Positions 25,248 through 36,407 of a DNA stretch of 64,000 bases are shown in pieces. The first letter of the stretch is position 1, and each line of letters begins with the position of its first letter. A program made the position numbers and the translations under genes. The DNA lies in NCBI GenBank assembly GCA_051313645.2, contig JBNRSN020000022.1, positions 3,844,001 through 3,908,000 on the forward strand, in the 5' to 3' direction. The notes under the pieces are model-generated. The model searched no databases, had not been told where the DNA came from, and saw nothing but the letters and a program-made list of their open reading frames with translations. This stretch comes from Centroscyllium fabricii (taxonomy: Eukaryota).

Positions 25248-26740
25248 GAAATATTGATTTATTTCAGTTCCTCCCTTACATTAGTCCCTATGTTTCCCGA
25301 CATTTCTGGGAGGTTATTTGTGTCCTCCTTTGTGAAGACAGAACCAAAATATGAATTTAATTGGTCCGCCATTTCCTTGTTCCCCATTATATATTCTCCT
25401 GATTCGGACTGCAAGGGCCCGACTCTGGATTTCACCAGTCTCTTCCTTTTAATGTATCTATAAAAGGCTTTGCAGTCAGTTTTTATGTTTGCCGCAAGCT
25501 TTCTTTCATAATCTATTTTCCCCTTCTTAATTAAACCCTTTGTCCTCCTTTGCTGTATCCTGAATTGTTCCTAATCCTCAGGTTTGGTGCTTTTTTTGGC
25601 CAGTTGATATGTCCTTTCTTTGAATTTTATGTTATCCCTAATTTCCCTTGTTATCCACGGTTGAGTCACCTTTTTTGGTTTATTTTTATGCCAAACTGGT
25701 ATAAACAAGCTCTGCACTTCTTCCATTCGATCTTTGAATGCCTGCCATTGTTGATCCACCGTCAGCCCCCTGAGCGACACCCCCCAATCAATTGTACCCA
25801 ACTCTCGTCTCATACCATCATAGTTCCCTTTTCTTAAATTCAGGACCTTAGTCTTTGAGTCAATTTCTTCGCTCTCCATCTTGAGTGAGAATTCGATCAT
25901 ATTATGATTGCTCTGACCCAATGGGCCTCATACAACAAGATTGCTAATTAATCCTTTCTCATTGCACAGTACCCAGTCTAAGATGGCATGATCCCGAGTT
26001 GGTTCCTCAACATACTGGTCCAGGAAACCGTCTCGTATACACTCCAGAAATTCCTCCTCCATCGTGTTGTTACTAATCTGGCTAGTCCAATTTATATGTA
26101 AATTAAAGTCACCCATGATGACAGCTGTGCCCTTATTGCACGCTTCTTTAATTTCCCTTTTTAGGCCTTCCCCAACCTCCATATTACTATTTGGCGGTCT
26201 ATATACCACTCCCACCAACGTTTTCCGCCCCTTGCTATTCCTCAGTTCTACCCATACAGATTCCGCATCATCTGAGTTAATATCAGTCCTTTCAATTGAG
26301 TTAATCCCCTCCCTCACCAGTAATGCCACCCCACCTCCCTTTCTTTTTTGCCTATCCTTCCTAAATATTATATACCCTGGGATATTAAGTTCCCAGCCTT
26401 GTCCACCCTGCAGCCATGTTTCTGTAATCCCAACCAAATCATATTTGTTTGCCTCTATTTCCACAGATAATTCATCTACCTTGTTCCGAATGCTTCTTAC
26501 ATTAAGATACAAGGCTTTCAGGATGTTTTTTCACTTTCCCCGACCATTGTGCATTTTTATTACCTGCGATCCTGTTTGATTTTACCCATTGATCTCCCTG
26601 CCTTATACTTTTGCTTTTCTCCTTTCTGTCTTTAGCTTTTTTTCTCATTGCCCTTTCATCTGCCTCCTTGCTTGTTTTTTCCTCTATATTAGCCTTTTCG
26701 TCACCCCCTATTTTTGCTCCACTCTGTATCCCAACCCCCT
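25248..26740 (-). mobile_element. CR1 LINE fragment: ORF2 AP-endonuclease and linker
   Basis: ORFs 25928..26512 (YLNVRS, GITETW, YRPP, GDFN, LDWVL) and 25571..25921. Confidence 0.9.
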
Positions 26741-26984
26741 GAGAAGAACCATAAGGCTTATCCCCTTGTCCAAAAGATTAAGTTACAAGAAAAAAGTGCA
26801 GAAACTGAGACTCTTTAGCCTTAAAAAGAAGTGACTGAGTGGGGACCTTATAATATAGGCAATATTAAATGGAATAGATAAGGTATATCCAGAACACTAC
26901 TTCAGGGTGTACCAGGACACCAGAACAAAGGGCATATGTTAAAACACTGGTGGGGGGAAAACTTTAGAACATTGCCAGGAAAAA

Positions 26985-27290
26985 AGAACTTGCATATATG
27001 TTGCATCTTCCAGAACATCGCAAAGTATCTCACAGGCAACTAATTTACTTTAGAAGTGTAGATACGGTTGTTATTCAGGCAAATATGGCAGCCAGTCAGT
27101 GTGCTGCATTGTCCCATAAACAACAAATGAACAAGTGGCCAAATAACGTGTTTTTGATGATGTTGTCTAAGGGAGGAGTGTTGACGAGGACACCAGAAGA
27201 GTATCTGCTTGAACTGGAGCCATGGGTTCTTACACATCCACCTGAACAGGTAGATGGGACCTCAGTTTAATCAAAAAGATGGCACCTTCA
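26985..27290 (-). mobile_element. Degenerate Deu-domain SINE (SacSINE1-like)
   Basis: Reverse complement resembles the SINE bodies at 36935-37288 and 50830-51086. Confidence 0.55.
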
Positions 27291-27639
27291 TCTGAAGAAT
27301 GATCAACACTTGGAATGGCCTTCTGGGTAGGGTAGTGGGGGCCAAAAACCTCAGACTTATACAAGAGTCAGTTGTATGATTAGATGGGCGAGAGCTTTTA
27401 TTCTCTCAGGGGGAAAAATTGGGCATCGGCCATTTTGGGGCTCTAATACCGTCCGCGTGTAAAGTTTAGCGCCTGCCACTAATTATTACCTCTGACAGCA
27501 AAATTCACCTCTATTGTGCGCAGTGGCCATTTTGAATGGTTTGCACATGCGCTTGCCGAAGCTTCAGTCGTTCGGATTTTTCACTAGTCCGGCATCAGCC
27601 TGGTCCCGACCATGCCGGATTAACGGTGTCGGACCTGTA

Positions 27640-27910
27640 TATGGGGGTGGTGCCAGAGGACTGGAGAATTGCAAATGTTACACCCCCATTTAAAAATAAG
27701 GGGAGAGGGAGAAACCCGGAAACTTTTGGTGGTTGGGCAACTTTTAGAGACAATAATACGGGAATAAATGTATTGGCATTTGGTAAAATATGGGCTAATA
27801 AATGAAAGTCAGTACAGATTTGTTAAAGGCAAATCGTGTTTGACTAACTTGATTGAGTTCTTTGATGAAGTAACGGCGAGGGTTGATGAGGGTAGTGCGG
27901 TTGATGTTCA
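27640..27910 (+). mobile_element. CR1 RT fragment
   Basis: VPEDWRIANVTP and GKSCLTNLIEFFDEVT. Confidence 0.8.
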
Positions 27911-28474
27911 AATGGTCTTCCTTGTCCATAATTATCTCCTAAGCTTTTGAGCCAACTTGTGAGGTAAGCTGCTAAAAGCATTGTTGTTTTGTTACACTAC
28001 TGTGGCATTGCCACATTGGGGAAGCACTGTGTGTACGTAGATAAACCTGTATAATCCCCTTTTAACTGCTGTATTCACCTCCCCCCGCAAGACAGTTGCA
28101 AGCTGAGAGGAATAGGGCATGTTCAGACTTGCCTGCTGCTGAGAGATGAGAGAAGGAAAACCAATCAGTTTCCAGCAGATGACCAACCCGTGAGTCATCA
28201 CAGGTTCGCGGGCTTTACGAATTCAGTACTGTATTGTGAGAGTTGGAGTAAAGACCCATTTCATGTAGCTCGCTGTGTTGACTATTTCTTTACGCGGAGG
28301 ACCGTAGCCTCCCACACTACAGTCTTTTTGTGTGTCCATCGTACCTGTCAAACTCTTTCAGGGTAACTCGCAGTCATCCCCCTGCACTTTGCAAACCCAG
28401 GAGCGTGATTGACATAAACCAATTGTAAGAAGTCACACAACACCAGGTTATAGTCCAACAGTTTTATTTGAAAT

Positions 28475-28509
28475 CACAAGCTTTCGGAGCGCTGCTCCTT
28501 CGTCAGGTG
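28475..28509 (-). ncRNA. Minimal type I hammerhead ribozyme motif (inverted copy)
   Basis: Exact reverse complement of 28632-28666. Confidence 0.7.
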
Positions 28510-28631
28510 CAAGTAAAAGAGATTCATTTAAGCACAGCATATATATATATATATAGGGAGAGAACAATGTTGTCTTTCCAACTGTTCTCTCCCTCTATAT
28601 ATGCTGTGTTTAAATGAATCTCTTTTACTTA

Positions 28632-28666
28632 CACCTGACGAAGGAGCAGCGCTCCGAAAGCTTGTG
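28632..28666 (+). ncRNA. Minimal type I hammerhead ribozyme motif
   Basis: CAC-CTGACGA-A-GGAGC agc GCTCC-GAAA-GC-TT-GTG: catalytic core boxes, stem II, stem I CAC/GTG, and a vestigial stem III with an AGCT palindrome. Confidence 0.7.
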
Positions 28667-28870
28667 ATTTCAAATAAAACTGTTGGACTATAACCTGGTG
28701 TTATGTGACTTCTTGCAATTGTCCACCCCAGTCCAACACCAGCACCTCCACATCATGACATAAACCAAGACACACCTCTGTACTGTTTGGTTGGTCGATG
28801 CCTCATTAAATTGTCAGTGTCGATTGCTCAGAGCTGTTGTCAATCATTTAGTGTGCCTCACCCGGATAGT

Positions 28871-28933
28871 TATTTAAATCCATTGCTGTCAAGGGAGAAG
28901 CGCATTTCAAGTTCATAAGACACCTTGGTAAGT
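28871..28933 (+). promoter_or_regulatory. Probable perilipin core promoter and non-coding exon 1 (ends at 28927)
   Basis: TATTTAAA at 28871-28878 and consensus donor TTG|GTAAGT at 28928, about 480 bp upstream of the ATG-exon acceptor. Inferred, with no transcript evidence. Confidence 0.5.
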
Positions 28934-29426
28934 TCCGAAACTTTTTGCTTTGTAGGTTTTAGAGTTTTTTGTTCCAAAGTAACTTTTACCATTGTAAGAG
29001 TCTTCATTTCCGGCGTATGTTATATTCTTGGTACTGGCGGACTTTTAAACTTTTTGTTGAAGACTTTGTGGGATTTCGCCCAATTTTAGTAAACTGGTTA
29101 ATAAACTTAACAGGAAAAACTCAGCAGGCCAGGCAACATCCTTGGAGAGAAAGAGTCCCCTATATTTCTCTCCACTGATGTTGCCTCCTGACCTGAGTTT
29201 TTCCAGCATTTTGTTATTTCGGATTTCCCGCATCTGCAGGATTTTGCTACCGTGGTTAATAAAGTTGTTGCTCTGATTCTGCACCAGTTGCTGTTCCCTT
29301 CACTCGGTGAACAGTGACTTACCCCGGCTCTGTCCCACCCTCGGCAGTTCCCGGATAGATGAGTGAGTTAGACCGGCTGCTTTTAATCCTAATTTATTTA
29401 TTTCCAACAGACTTTGACCATTTGTT

Positions 29427-29498
29427 ATGGCGTCAGAAGCGGCCGAACAAGTTGATGTCTCCAAGAGCGAACAGCAGCAGGAGGAGGGCGAGCAGCAG
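29427..29498 (+). CDS. PLIN3: Perilipin-3-like, coding exon 1 (exon starts at 29411)
   Basis: Acceptor tttccaacag at 29410. Encodes MASEAAEQVDVSKSEQQQEEGEQQ, donor CAG|gt, phase 0 matching the next exon. Confidence 0.75.
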
Positions 29499-29687
29499 GT
29501 ACTTTAACTCCTGGGTGGGGAGGTGTCCCTGTCTCCAGCTCTCTGACCTGCTCACCTGGTCACTGTTTGCTGACCATTGCAATCTGAGCACTGACCTGAG
29601 AAATCTTCTAGTTGTGCAAGATCAGGAGTTCGGGGTCAGTAGTTCGGGAATTGCTCTCTGCTCTATTAGCTCACTCACTCGATGTTG

Positions 29688-29705
29688 CGACCTTTGACCT
29701 ATTTT
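29688..29705 (-). promoter_or_regulatory. Candidate PPRE (DR1) in perilipin intron 2
   Basis: The - strand reads AAAAT-AGGTCA-A-AGGTCG, one mismatch from consensus DR1, with an A/T-rich 5' extension. Confidence 0.55.
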
Positions 29706-29853
29706 GGAATGGCCTGCAATGTTCATGGCCCTGAAATGGAAAGCCGCACAGTTCCTGTATATAGCGGCTTCTAATGCAACGTTAAAACTCAGGGTGCCAA
29801 GAGCAAATTTTAAATCTTACCTTTCTTCAAAACTTATGAATAGTTGGCTTTGA

Positions 29854-30410
29854 TGGAGCAGGCCAGTGTTTCCACTGGTGGGGTGGAGCAGGCCGGTGTT
29901 TCCACTGGTGGGGTGGAGCAGGCCAGTGTTTCCACTGGTGGGGTGGAGCAGGCCAGTGTTTCCACTGGTGGGGTGGAGCAGGCCAGTGTTTCCACTGGTG
30001 GGGTGGAGCAGGCCAGTGTTTCCACTGGTGGGGTGGAGCAGGCCAGTGTTTCCACTGGTGGGGTGGAGCAGGCCAGTGTTTCCACTGGTGGGGTGGAGCA
30101 GGCCAGTGTTTCCACTGGTGGGGTGGAGCAGGCCAGTGTTTCCACTGGTGGGGTGGAGCAGGCCAGTGTTTCCACTGGTGGGGTGGAGCAGGCCAGTGTT
30201 TCCACTGGTGGGGTGGAGCAGGCCAGTGTTTCCACTGGTGGGGTGGAGCAGGCCAGTGTTTCCACTGGTGGGGTGGAGCAGGCCAGTGTTTCCACTGGTG
30301 GGGTGGAGCAGGCCAGTGTTTCCACTGGTGGGGTGGAGCAGGCCAGTGTTTCCACTGGTGGGGTGGAGCAGGCCAGTGTTTCCACTGGTGGGGTGGAGCA
30401 GGCCAGTGTT
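29854..30410. repeat. 30-bp minisatellite (TGGAGCAGGCCAGTGTTTCCACTGGTGGGG), about 18.6 copies
   Basis: Perfect tandem copies except one substitution at 29895. Confidence 0.97.
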
Positions 30411-30459
30411 GCCAATTCCCTGAGTGGTGAGCATATGTCACGCTCTACCACAAGGAGTA

Positions 30460-30960
30460 CATAGAACATAAACATAGAACATACAGCACTGTACAGGCCC
30501 TTGGGCCCTCAATGTAGTGCCGCCCTTAGTCCTTTTCTGATTTTTGCTTTCCCCCCTACTGTTCCTTCCCCTCCATGTACCTGTCTATCATCCTTTTAAA
30601 AGCACCCAGACTGTCCGCATCCACTATTTCAGATGGTAGCCTATTCCATTCCCCGACCACTCTCTGTGTAAAGAACCTGCCCCTGCCATCCCTTCTGAAT
30701 CTTCCTCCTTGAATCTTGTGCTCGTGTCCTCTTGTTGACGTTCTTCCCGCCCGGGGAAACAGTCTTTGCACATTTACTCTATCGATCCCCTTCATCATTT
30801 TAAACATCTCTATCAAGTCCCCCCTCTTCCTTCTCCGTTCCAGTGAGAAGAGTCCCAGCTCCCTCAACCTCTCCTCGTATGACCTTCCTCCCATTCCCGG
30901 CAGCATCCTGGTGAATCTCCTCTGCACCCTCTCCAGCGCCTCCACATCTCTCCTGGAGTA
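30460..30960 (-). mobile_element. CR1 3' end
   Basis: LERVQRRFTRMLPG...RGDLIE and an (ATGTTCT)n-like tail. Confidence 0.88.
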
Positions 30961-32570
30961 GTTTGACTATAGATGCATTTAAAGGGAAGCTAGATAACAA
31001 ATGAGGAATGGAATAGTGGGTTATGCTGATTGAGGGGTGGTGTGTGATTGGTGCATCAACTCTGTCATGGGCTGACTGGCCTGCTGCTGTGCTGTATATT
31101 GTCATTCTTCCAAAAGGTGTGCTTTCTCCAACTTCAGAGGCACTAGCCCCTTTTTTTAGTTCTACTCCTTTTATTTTTCCCGTCTCCAACTATTGAACCA
31201 ATTAACTTTCATTTCTGGAGTATTAATATAGTAAGTGTCTCAAGTGCTTCAGAGACATGGACACTGAAGAGATGACCAGATGTGACTTGCAGTTTTGAAG
31301 GATTTGTGGAGATATCCATGGCAGGGCTGAGATACCTGAAGGCCTGTTCCTGGCATGAAGCAAAGCATTCAGTATAAACTTGTATCCAGTAGCTGTGGTG
31401 AGAAGCATGTAGACAAGCCAGGCTCTGCCTGTTGCTGAGTCTTGTGCCCGGGCAGGTCTGTCAGAAGTCCTTGGGTAAGGTGTCACATAAGATACCCATG
31501 GCAAAAGTCAGGGTATGTGGAGTTTGGTCCAATAACTGAAATAGATTGAAAAATGCCTACATGAGGGTGAGAATTTTTGCGGACTAGTAGAAAGTGGGAA
31601 ATGGTGTCCTGCTGAGATCACTTGTTCACTAATACGTAAATGATTTGGACTCTGGAATGGGGGGGGGGTCAAATTGAGGTGTATAGCAACACACAGATGA
31701 CATGACAAGCTAGTAAAATGGATGGTTAAATGGCAGAGAGGTGGTTGGCCACTTGAAAGATCAACTAAGGGGATGGGTGGGGGGAGGTTGTCTGATCTGA
31801 ATAGATGTGTGCATTGCTAAAAGTAGCAACATTTAGCTGATTAGATCCTAAAGAATGCAAACAAAGTACTAGCAGTCATTTCTGGAATATTAGAATGCAA
31901 AAGCAGGTAGGGGTTTTCCAATTGAGCTTCAGTGCCTTGAACTCTTCATGTGCTCTGCAGTCTTGTAACATCCAATTTCTTTTGTTGGGTGGAATGAGAA
32001 GCCAGCTGCTTGATTTTTGTCTCTTGTGCTTTGTCATGTGCTCTTAATGCTCTAAGCCAGTCCAAAATGGGCCAGCTGCCTTTGCCCTGTAAGAAGTAAT
32101 GTTTTAATTGGTTGCACTAGCAGTAGGTATGCAACTAGACTGCACCGTCTAATCTTTTTTGGTTTTGTGGGGTGGTTTTCAGCTTCTGCACCTGGGTGCT
32201 AGAAGAAAATTTTCACTTGCTGAGTCGGGCAAGTGGATTTCTAAAGCACTTGCCTACTGGGCAAGTAGATTTCTAAAGCACTTGCCCGAACACAAATTTC
32301 ACTTGCCTGAAATTTTTAAAGAAATAAAGAAAGATTTATTTTTAGTTAAAATGCTTCAGTATAATGCCATAGATTGTGATTGTGCCTTTAGTTCCATTGG
32401 CCTGGTTTCTGCCCCTCCCTAAAACTATTGGCCTCTCCATCCTATTCCACCTTTAAAAATCTATTTCCTCAAGCATTCACTCCATTTCTTCATTTGGCTC
32501 TTCCAAACTTTCTGAAGCTTCTGCAAGCTGCGGGCTCCCTCTCTCTCTCTCTCTCTCTCTCCCTGCTTAA

Positions 32571-32712
32571 CTTCATCCAGCAGCCGCTCCAGGTGTGTGA
32601 AGATGCCACAAAAGTTGGGCAGGCTCGACATCTGTTTCTTGTCATTCATCAGCTGCATCAAATAGTCAGGACTGGGTCTAGGCTTCTCCTTCACTTCCAT
32701 TTCCCCCACCAT
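32571..32712 (-). pseudogene. QKI: QKI (quaking) exon 1 duplicate with a broken splice donor; 5' UTR/promoter extends to about 33060
   Basis: [47 protein letters not shown] matches the QKI N-terminus. Similarity stops after 142 nt at GAAG|ttaagc (GT replaced by TT). Confidence 0.85.
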
Positions 32713-33243
32713 TCTTTTATATATATTTTCACCCCTCTGAGCAGTAATTAAAGATTTTATAATTGTTCAAAAGAATAAAGACCGAGTTGTTTCTTTTTCT
32801 TCTCCGAAGCCGCTCCGGTTTTCTCCTTTTTTCCCCCCCGCCCGCCCGCCCAAAGCGGGTCGATGACACCGACCCACTCTTGCCGTGCTGCACCAGCCCG
32901 CTCCACCTAACCTCACTGCTGCCCCGTCCCGATTGACACACCGCCGCCTCCAATCCCTGCCGCCTGCCTTCAGGGTGGGAATCCACCGACCCGTTACCAT
33001 CGTCGTCAACCAATCAATTTGACACACCGCCTCCTCCAATCGACTGCTGCGGCAAACCGAGACGTAAACATGATCATCCTGTGGCCTCTATCATCGATAA
33101 CCCTTTATCCCAAACCCTTGGGACCAGATGTTTTTCGGATTTCGGAGTGAAATTACAAAATAACAAAATATCCGAGCAGCAGACTGGTGGCAGCGCTGGT
33201 CTTCAGGTTTGCAGCCTCTCTTGCACTCTGCCTGTGTATGGGG

Positions 33244-33525
33244 TGACGTATCGTCAATAAGGCAAAAGACGAGTAGTGACCTTAATTACAGGCTTTTATT
33301 AACTTAAAGATGGAGCTAGTCTCTAGTTGAACATCAGGCACAGAATGACTGGGGGCAGGGCAGACCTCACCTATAAGGCTCCCACCTGAGGGGAGGAGTT
33401 AGAGGTGTGGCTGACCTGGCCTTACAACCGTGTTCTACATCCAATGCACCAATCAACTATACACATGTCATGTGGTGCAGTACAACGACAATACAACTAT
33501 ATACAATGGTAATATGATTACCACA
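33244..33525 (-). mobile_element. Solo LTR (B/C family)
   Basis: TGACGTATCGTCAAT...TTACCACA with TSD TGGGG on both sides. Confidence 0.92.
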
Positions 33526-34549
33526 TGGGGAAAAATTATTGCAAACACCAACTGGCACTGACTGATTCCAGGCTCCCCCCGTGCACACCCATTATTCCAT
33601 CCGGTGGCCTTGGTGAGGAGGAGGCCACTGACCCGGGACATGAAGTACTCCCCTGGCCCGCACAGCAGGGCTGCACTGCTGGCTGGCCAGCCGCCCGCCC
33701 CCTATAGTGTGCCCGGCCCAGCACTCACTGATGAGCCTCCACACTTCCTCCACACTCAAGTACATGTTGACCCTGGGACTGCCCCGAAGCACACTCCTGA
33801 GCAGCAGCAGCTCCATGCCACCATCCGGGCCCGCCAGAGGAGCAGCGCCAACCCCTGGCCCCAACTGGGGCCTGCCATTCAACAGCGGTGCCTGGCCAAA
33901 TGAGCAAGTGAGAGCGTGGCTTCACCCCATGGCGGGTAATCTCGGGCAGTCTCTCTGCCTCTTCATCACCGTTTGCTGCCTGTCTGCACGTGCACACCTC
34001 TCCTCCAACCCTCAGCGCTATTGCCGGACCCAGCCACTGCGCAGGCGCCGGGAGGTGCAACTCTGGTCATGTCTGTACATCGCACTTGCCTGGTCGGGCA
34101 GAGATATTTTGATTTGCTTGCCCTTGGTGCATTTTGCTTGCCCCAGGCAAGTGGTTTTGTCATGCTCTGGGCACCAGCTAGCCCACTTTTACATAAACTG
34201 ATGTCTAAAAGTGGCAGCTTGTCGCTCACTTGCTTTATATCCAATTGCAATCAACAATCTCTCGTGGTGTGTTAATCTTTGATGTTACAGCACCAGGTGC
34301 TTTCATGGAGAATTGGATGCTGAGCGGGGTCCCTACTGAGTGACTCTGGCTGCTGTAAATTGCAGGCCATTTCGGGTGTTTAACTGTCTTGGCTAGTCTT
34401 GTGGGAGATCTGTGCTGTAAAGTTATTCCACGGGAAACTAGACTGACTTCTACAGTTGAGACCTTTTGCACTACAAATCTGGAGTACCCATCTTTAGGAT
34501 GGTTGCTCAATCTTTCTTGGCAAAGTATTCCCAATGCCCATATGGGCAC

Positions 34550-34810
34550 TGATGTGCTATCAATAATCTCAAAGACTAGAAGTTATGTGAATAAACAATA
34601 GGCTTTTATTAGCTAAAGAACAGGAGCAGACCTCTGCTGATCGACTGGTCCAGAACTGAGTGGGGTTGACGGCCAGCCTTATACCTGGGTCCAGGGGAGG
34701 AGCCACAGGCGGATTCGGCAGGGGCATGCCCAGGCAGGTTACATGCAGGCAGATATAGTGAACTGGTATAGTGAACTATAATACAATATATACAATAGTG
34801 GTTTACCACA
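34550..34810 (-). mobile_element. Solo LTR (related to the A family)
   Basis: TGATG...GTTTACCACA, GGCTTTTATT motif, TSD GGCAC/GGCGC. Confidence 0.85.
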
Positions 34811-34935
34811 GGCGCTTGCTATAAATTTCAACCCTTAGTCTCTCGAGTTGTACTGAGATGAGTTCCTTCTGGCCCTTGAGTCACTGGAATGAATTACCGT
34901 GCAACGACCTGTTGATTCCATGACTTGTGTTTCAG

Positions 34936-35131
34936 AATGTGGTGAACCGGGTGACGAGTCTGCCTCTCGTAAGCTCCGTGTATGACATGATGATGGCTGC
35001 ATACAACAGCACTAAGGAGAACCTCCCGTATGTGAAGACTGTCTGTGATGTTGCTGAGCAGGGAGTGAAGACCATCTCGGCTATGGCTGTCAGTGGTGCC
35101 AAACCAATTCTAGACAAGCTGGAGCCTCAAA
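34936..35131 (+). CDS. PLIN3: Perilipin-3-like, coding exon 2 (PAT domain)
   Basis: [17 protein letters not shown]...[11 protein letters not shown]...KLEPQ; AG/GT boundaries, 196 bp. Confidence 0.92.
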
Positions 35132-36324
35132 GTAAGATTGGGGTGTATCTTGGCAAAATGAAATTGGTGATATTTGGATTAAAAGGCTAAAGTTTGCCTC
35201 CATAATGGTGACTGTACATTGAAAAAAATAATTGGATGTGTTGCTTTAGGACCCCCTGGACATATGGGACTTTAAAAAAATAAAATGTATGTAAGCTTGT
35301 TCAAGCCTGTCTATTGGGCTAAAGAAAGCTAAGCTTGGTACCCAGCAATAATTAAAAGGAACTGAATTCTCTCCAGTAAACTGCAAATGATACTATTTTC
35401 TTTGTATTCTGACTTTTTTTTAAGCTCTTCAAAACCAGCTATGGCAGCAATTAGTTACCAAATATGATCAAGCTAAGATTCTAACCCTGCCACTTGGGTT
35501 TAAGTGTTAATTCCCCTATACTGCGGTCTAGAATGTTGGTGTCCTAAATGGTATAGTTCTAGCTGTCCCTTGAGGTGAGGGTGGGGTGGGGTGGAAATCC
35601 AGGTACTTGAGACTTGACCACATAATCTAGGCTGAGACTTCACTGCAGTACTGAGGGAATGCTGCACTGTCTTTAGGATGGAGACGTTTGGGTGTCTGTA
35701 AAATATGGCACTTTTCCAGGGGTAGGGGTGAAGCGGGGAGTTGTGCTGGTATCTTTCATCGCAAAACAAATTCTGATAATTTCTCATTGCTGCTTTGGGA
35801 GGCCTTGCAGTGTGCAGTAACATGTGTCTCAATCAGTTGACAGCCCAACTTGCATTTTAATTGGTCCAATACATTAGTGGGATTACTGTTGACCTGCAGT
35901 GCTAATTGCAACATAATTTGGAATGTTGCACTCGGCTTCAGATTATTCATTGTTGCAAATAAAATTGGTATGTCCTGTCACTGAATATTGGCCAGCAGCC
36001 TACTAAAATGTGAACTTCTAAATAAATAAAAGTAGTAGTTATAACTCTGGTGGAGGACTGACTCTAGCTTCCATTCTTCTGACTCATTTTCTTGTCTGGT
36101 CTGCACTAGGGTCACGGCCATGATTGTGGCTATTAACTATTGCACACTTTACTTCCTGTACTGACATGCAACTACTAGAAGATCTGGTTCAGTATGCTAA
36201 CCAAGCCAATTGGAGCTTCACGACCACCATTTTGTTTTTTTTAAACTAAAGCTTAATGTGTAAAATAAGGACAATGTGGGCACTTTACATTTGTTTGTCT
36301 CTAAGCCAAAGTTCTTGTGCTCAG

Positions 36325-36407
36325 TTTCAGCAGTTAACGAATATGCCTGTGTCGGCTTGGATAAACTGGAAGAGAAGCTGCCAATCCTTCAACAGTCCAC
36401 ACCCCAG
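36325..36407 (+). CDS. PLIN3: Perilipin-3-like, coding exon 3
   Basis: (I)SAVNEYACVGLDKLEEKLPILQQSTPQ; 83 bp, phases 1/0. Confidence 0.92.

Larger units (their letters stand above)
28423..28755. mobile_element. Penelope-like element remnant: inverted-repeat 3' ends with a 13-bp TSD
   Basis: About 300-bp near-perfect palindrome (28420-28721) plus a short tail. TSD TGACATAAACCAA at 28410-28422 and 28756-28768. Confidence 0.8.
32192..34169. mobile_element. Putative non-autonomous hAT-like DNA transposon carrying captured DNA
   Basis: Clusters of CACTTGCC/GGGCAAGT motifs at both ends (32214-32310 and 34083-34152). Degenerate termini CTGGGTGC...GCTCTG; flanks TGCAC/GGCAC. The TIR and TSD are weak. 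Confidence 0.45.

Noticed and set aside
24995-25252. GAAAT at 24995 and 25248 as a TSD
   Set aside because: The enclosed piece lacks a TG start and the two flanks belong to different elements, so a deletion junction fits better.
29817-30475. Palindromic 30-bp repeat as a CRISPR array, or its approximately 200-aa ORFs as genes
   Set aside because: There are no spacers or cas genes and the context is a eukaryotic intron. A unit length divisible by 3 explains the ORFs in five frames.
32461-32712. A functional QKI gene nested antisense in perilipin
   Set aside because: The donor reads TT rather than GT and I saw no further QKI exons in the window. A base error plus a very long intron cannot be fully excluded.
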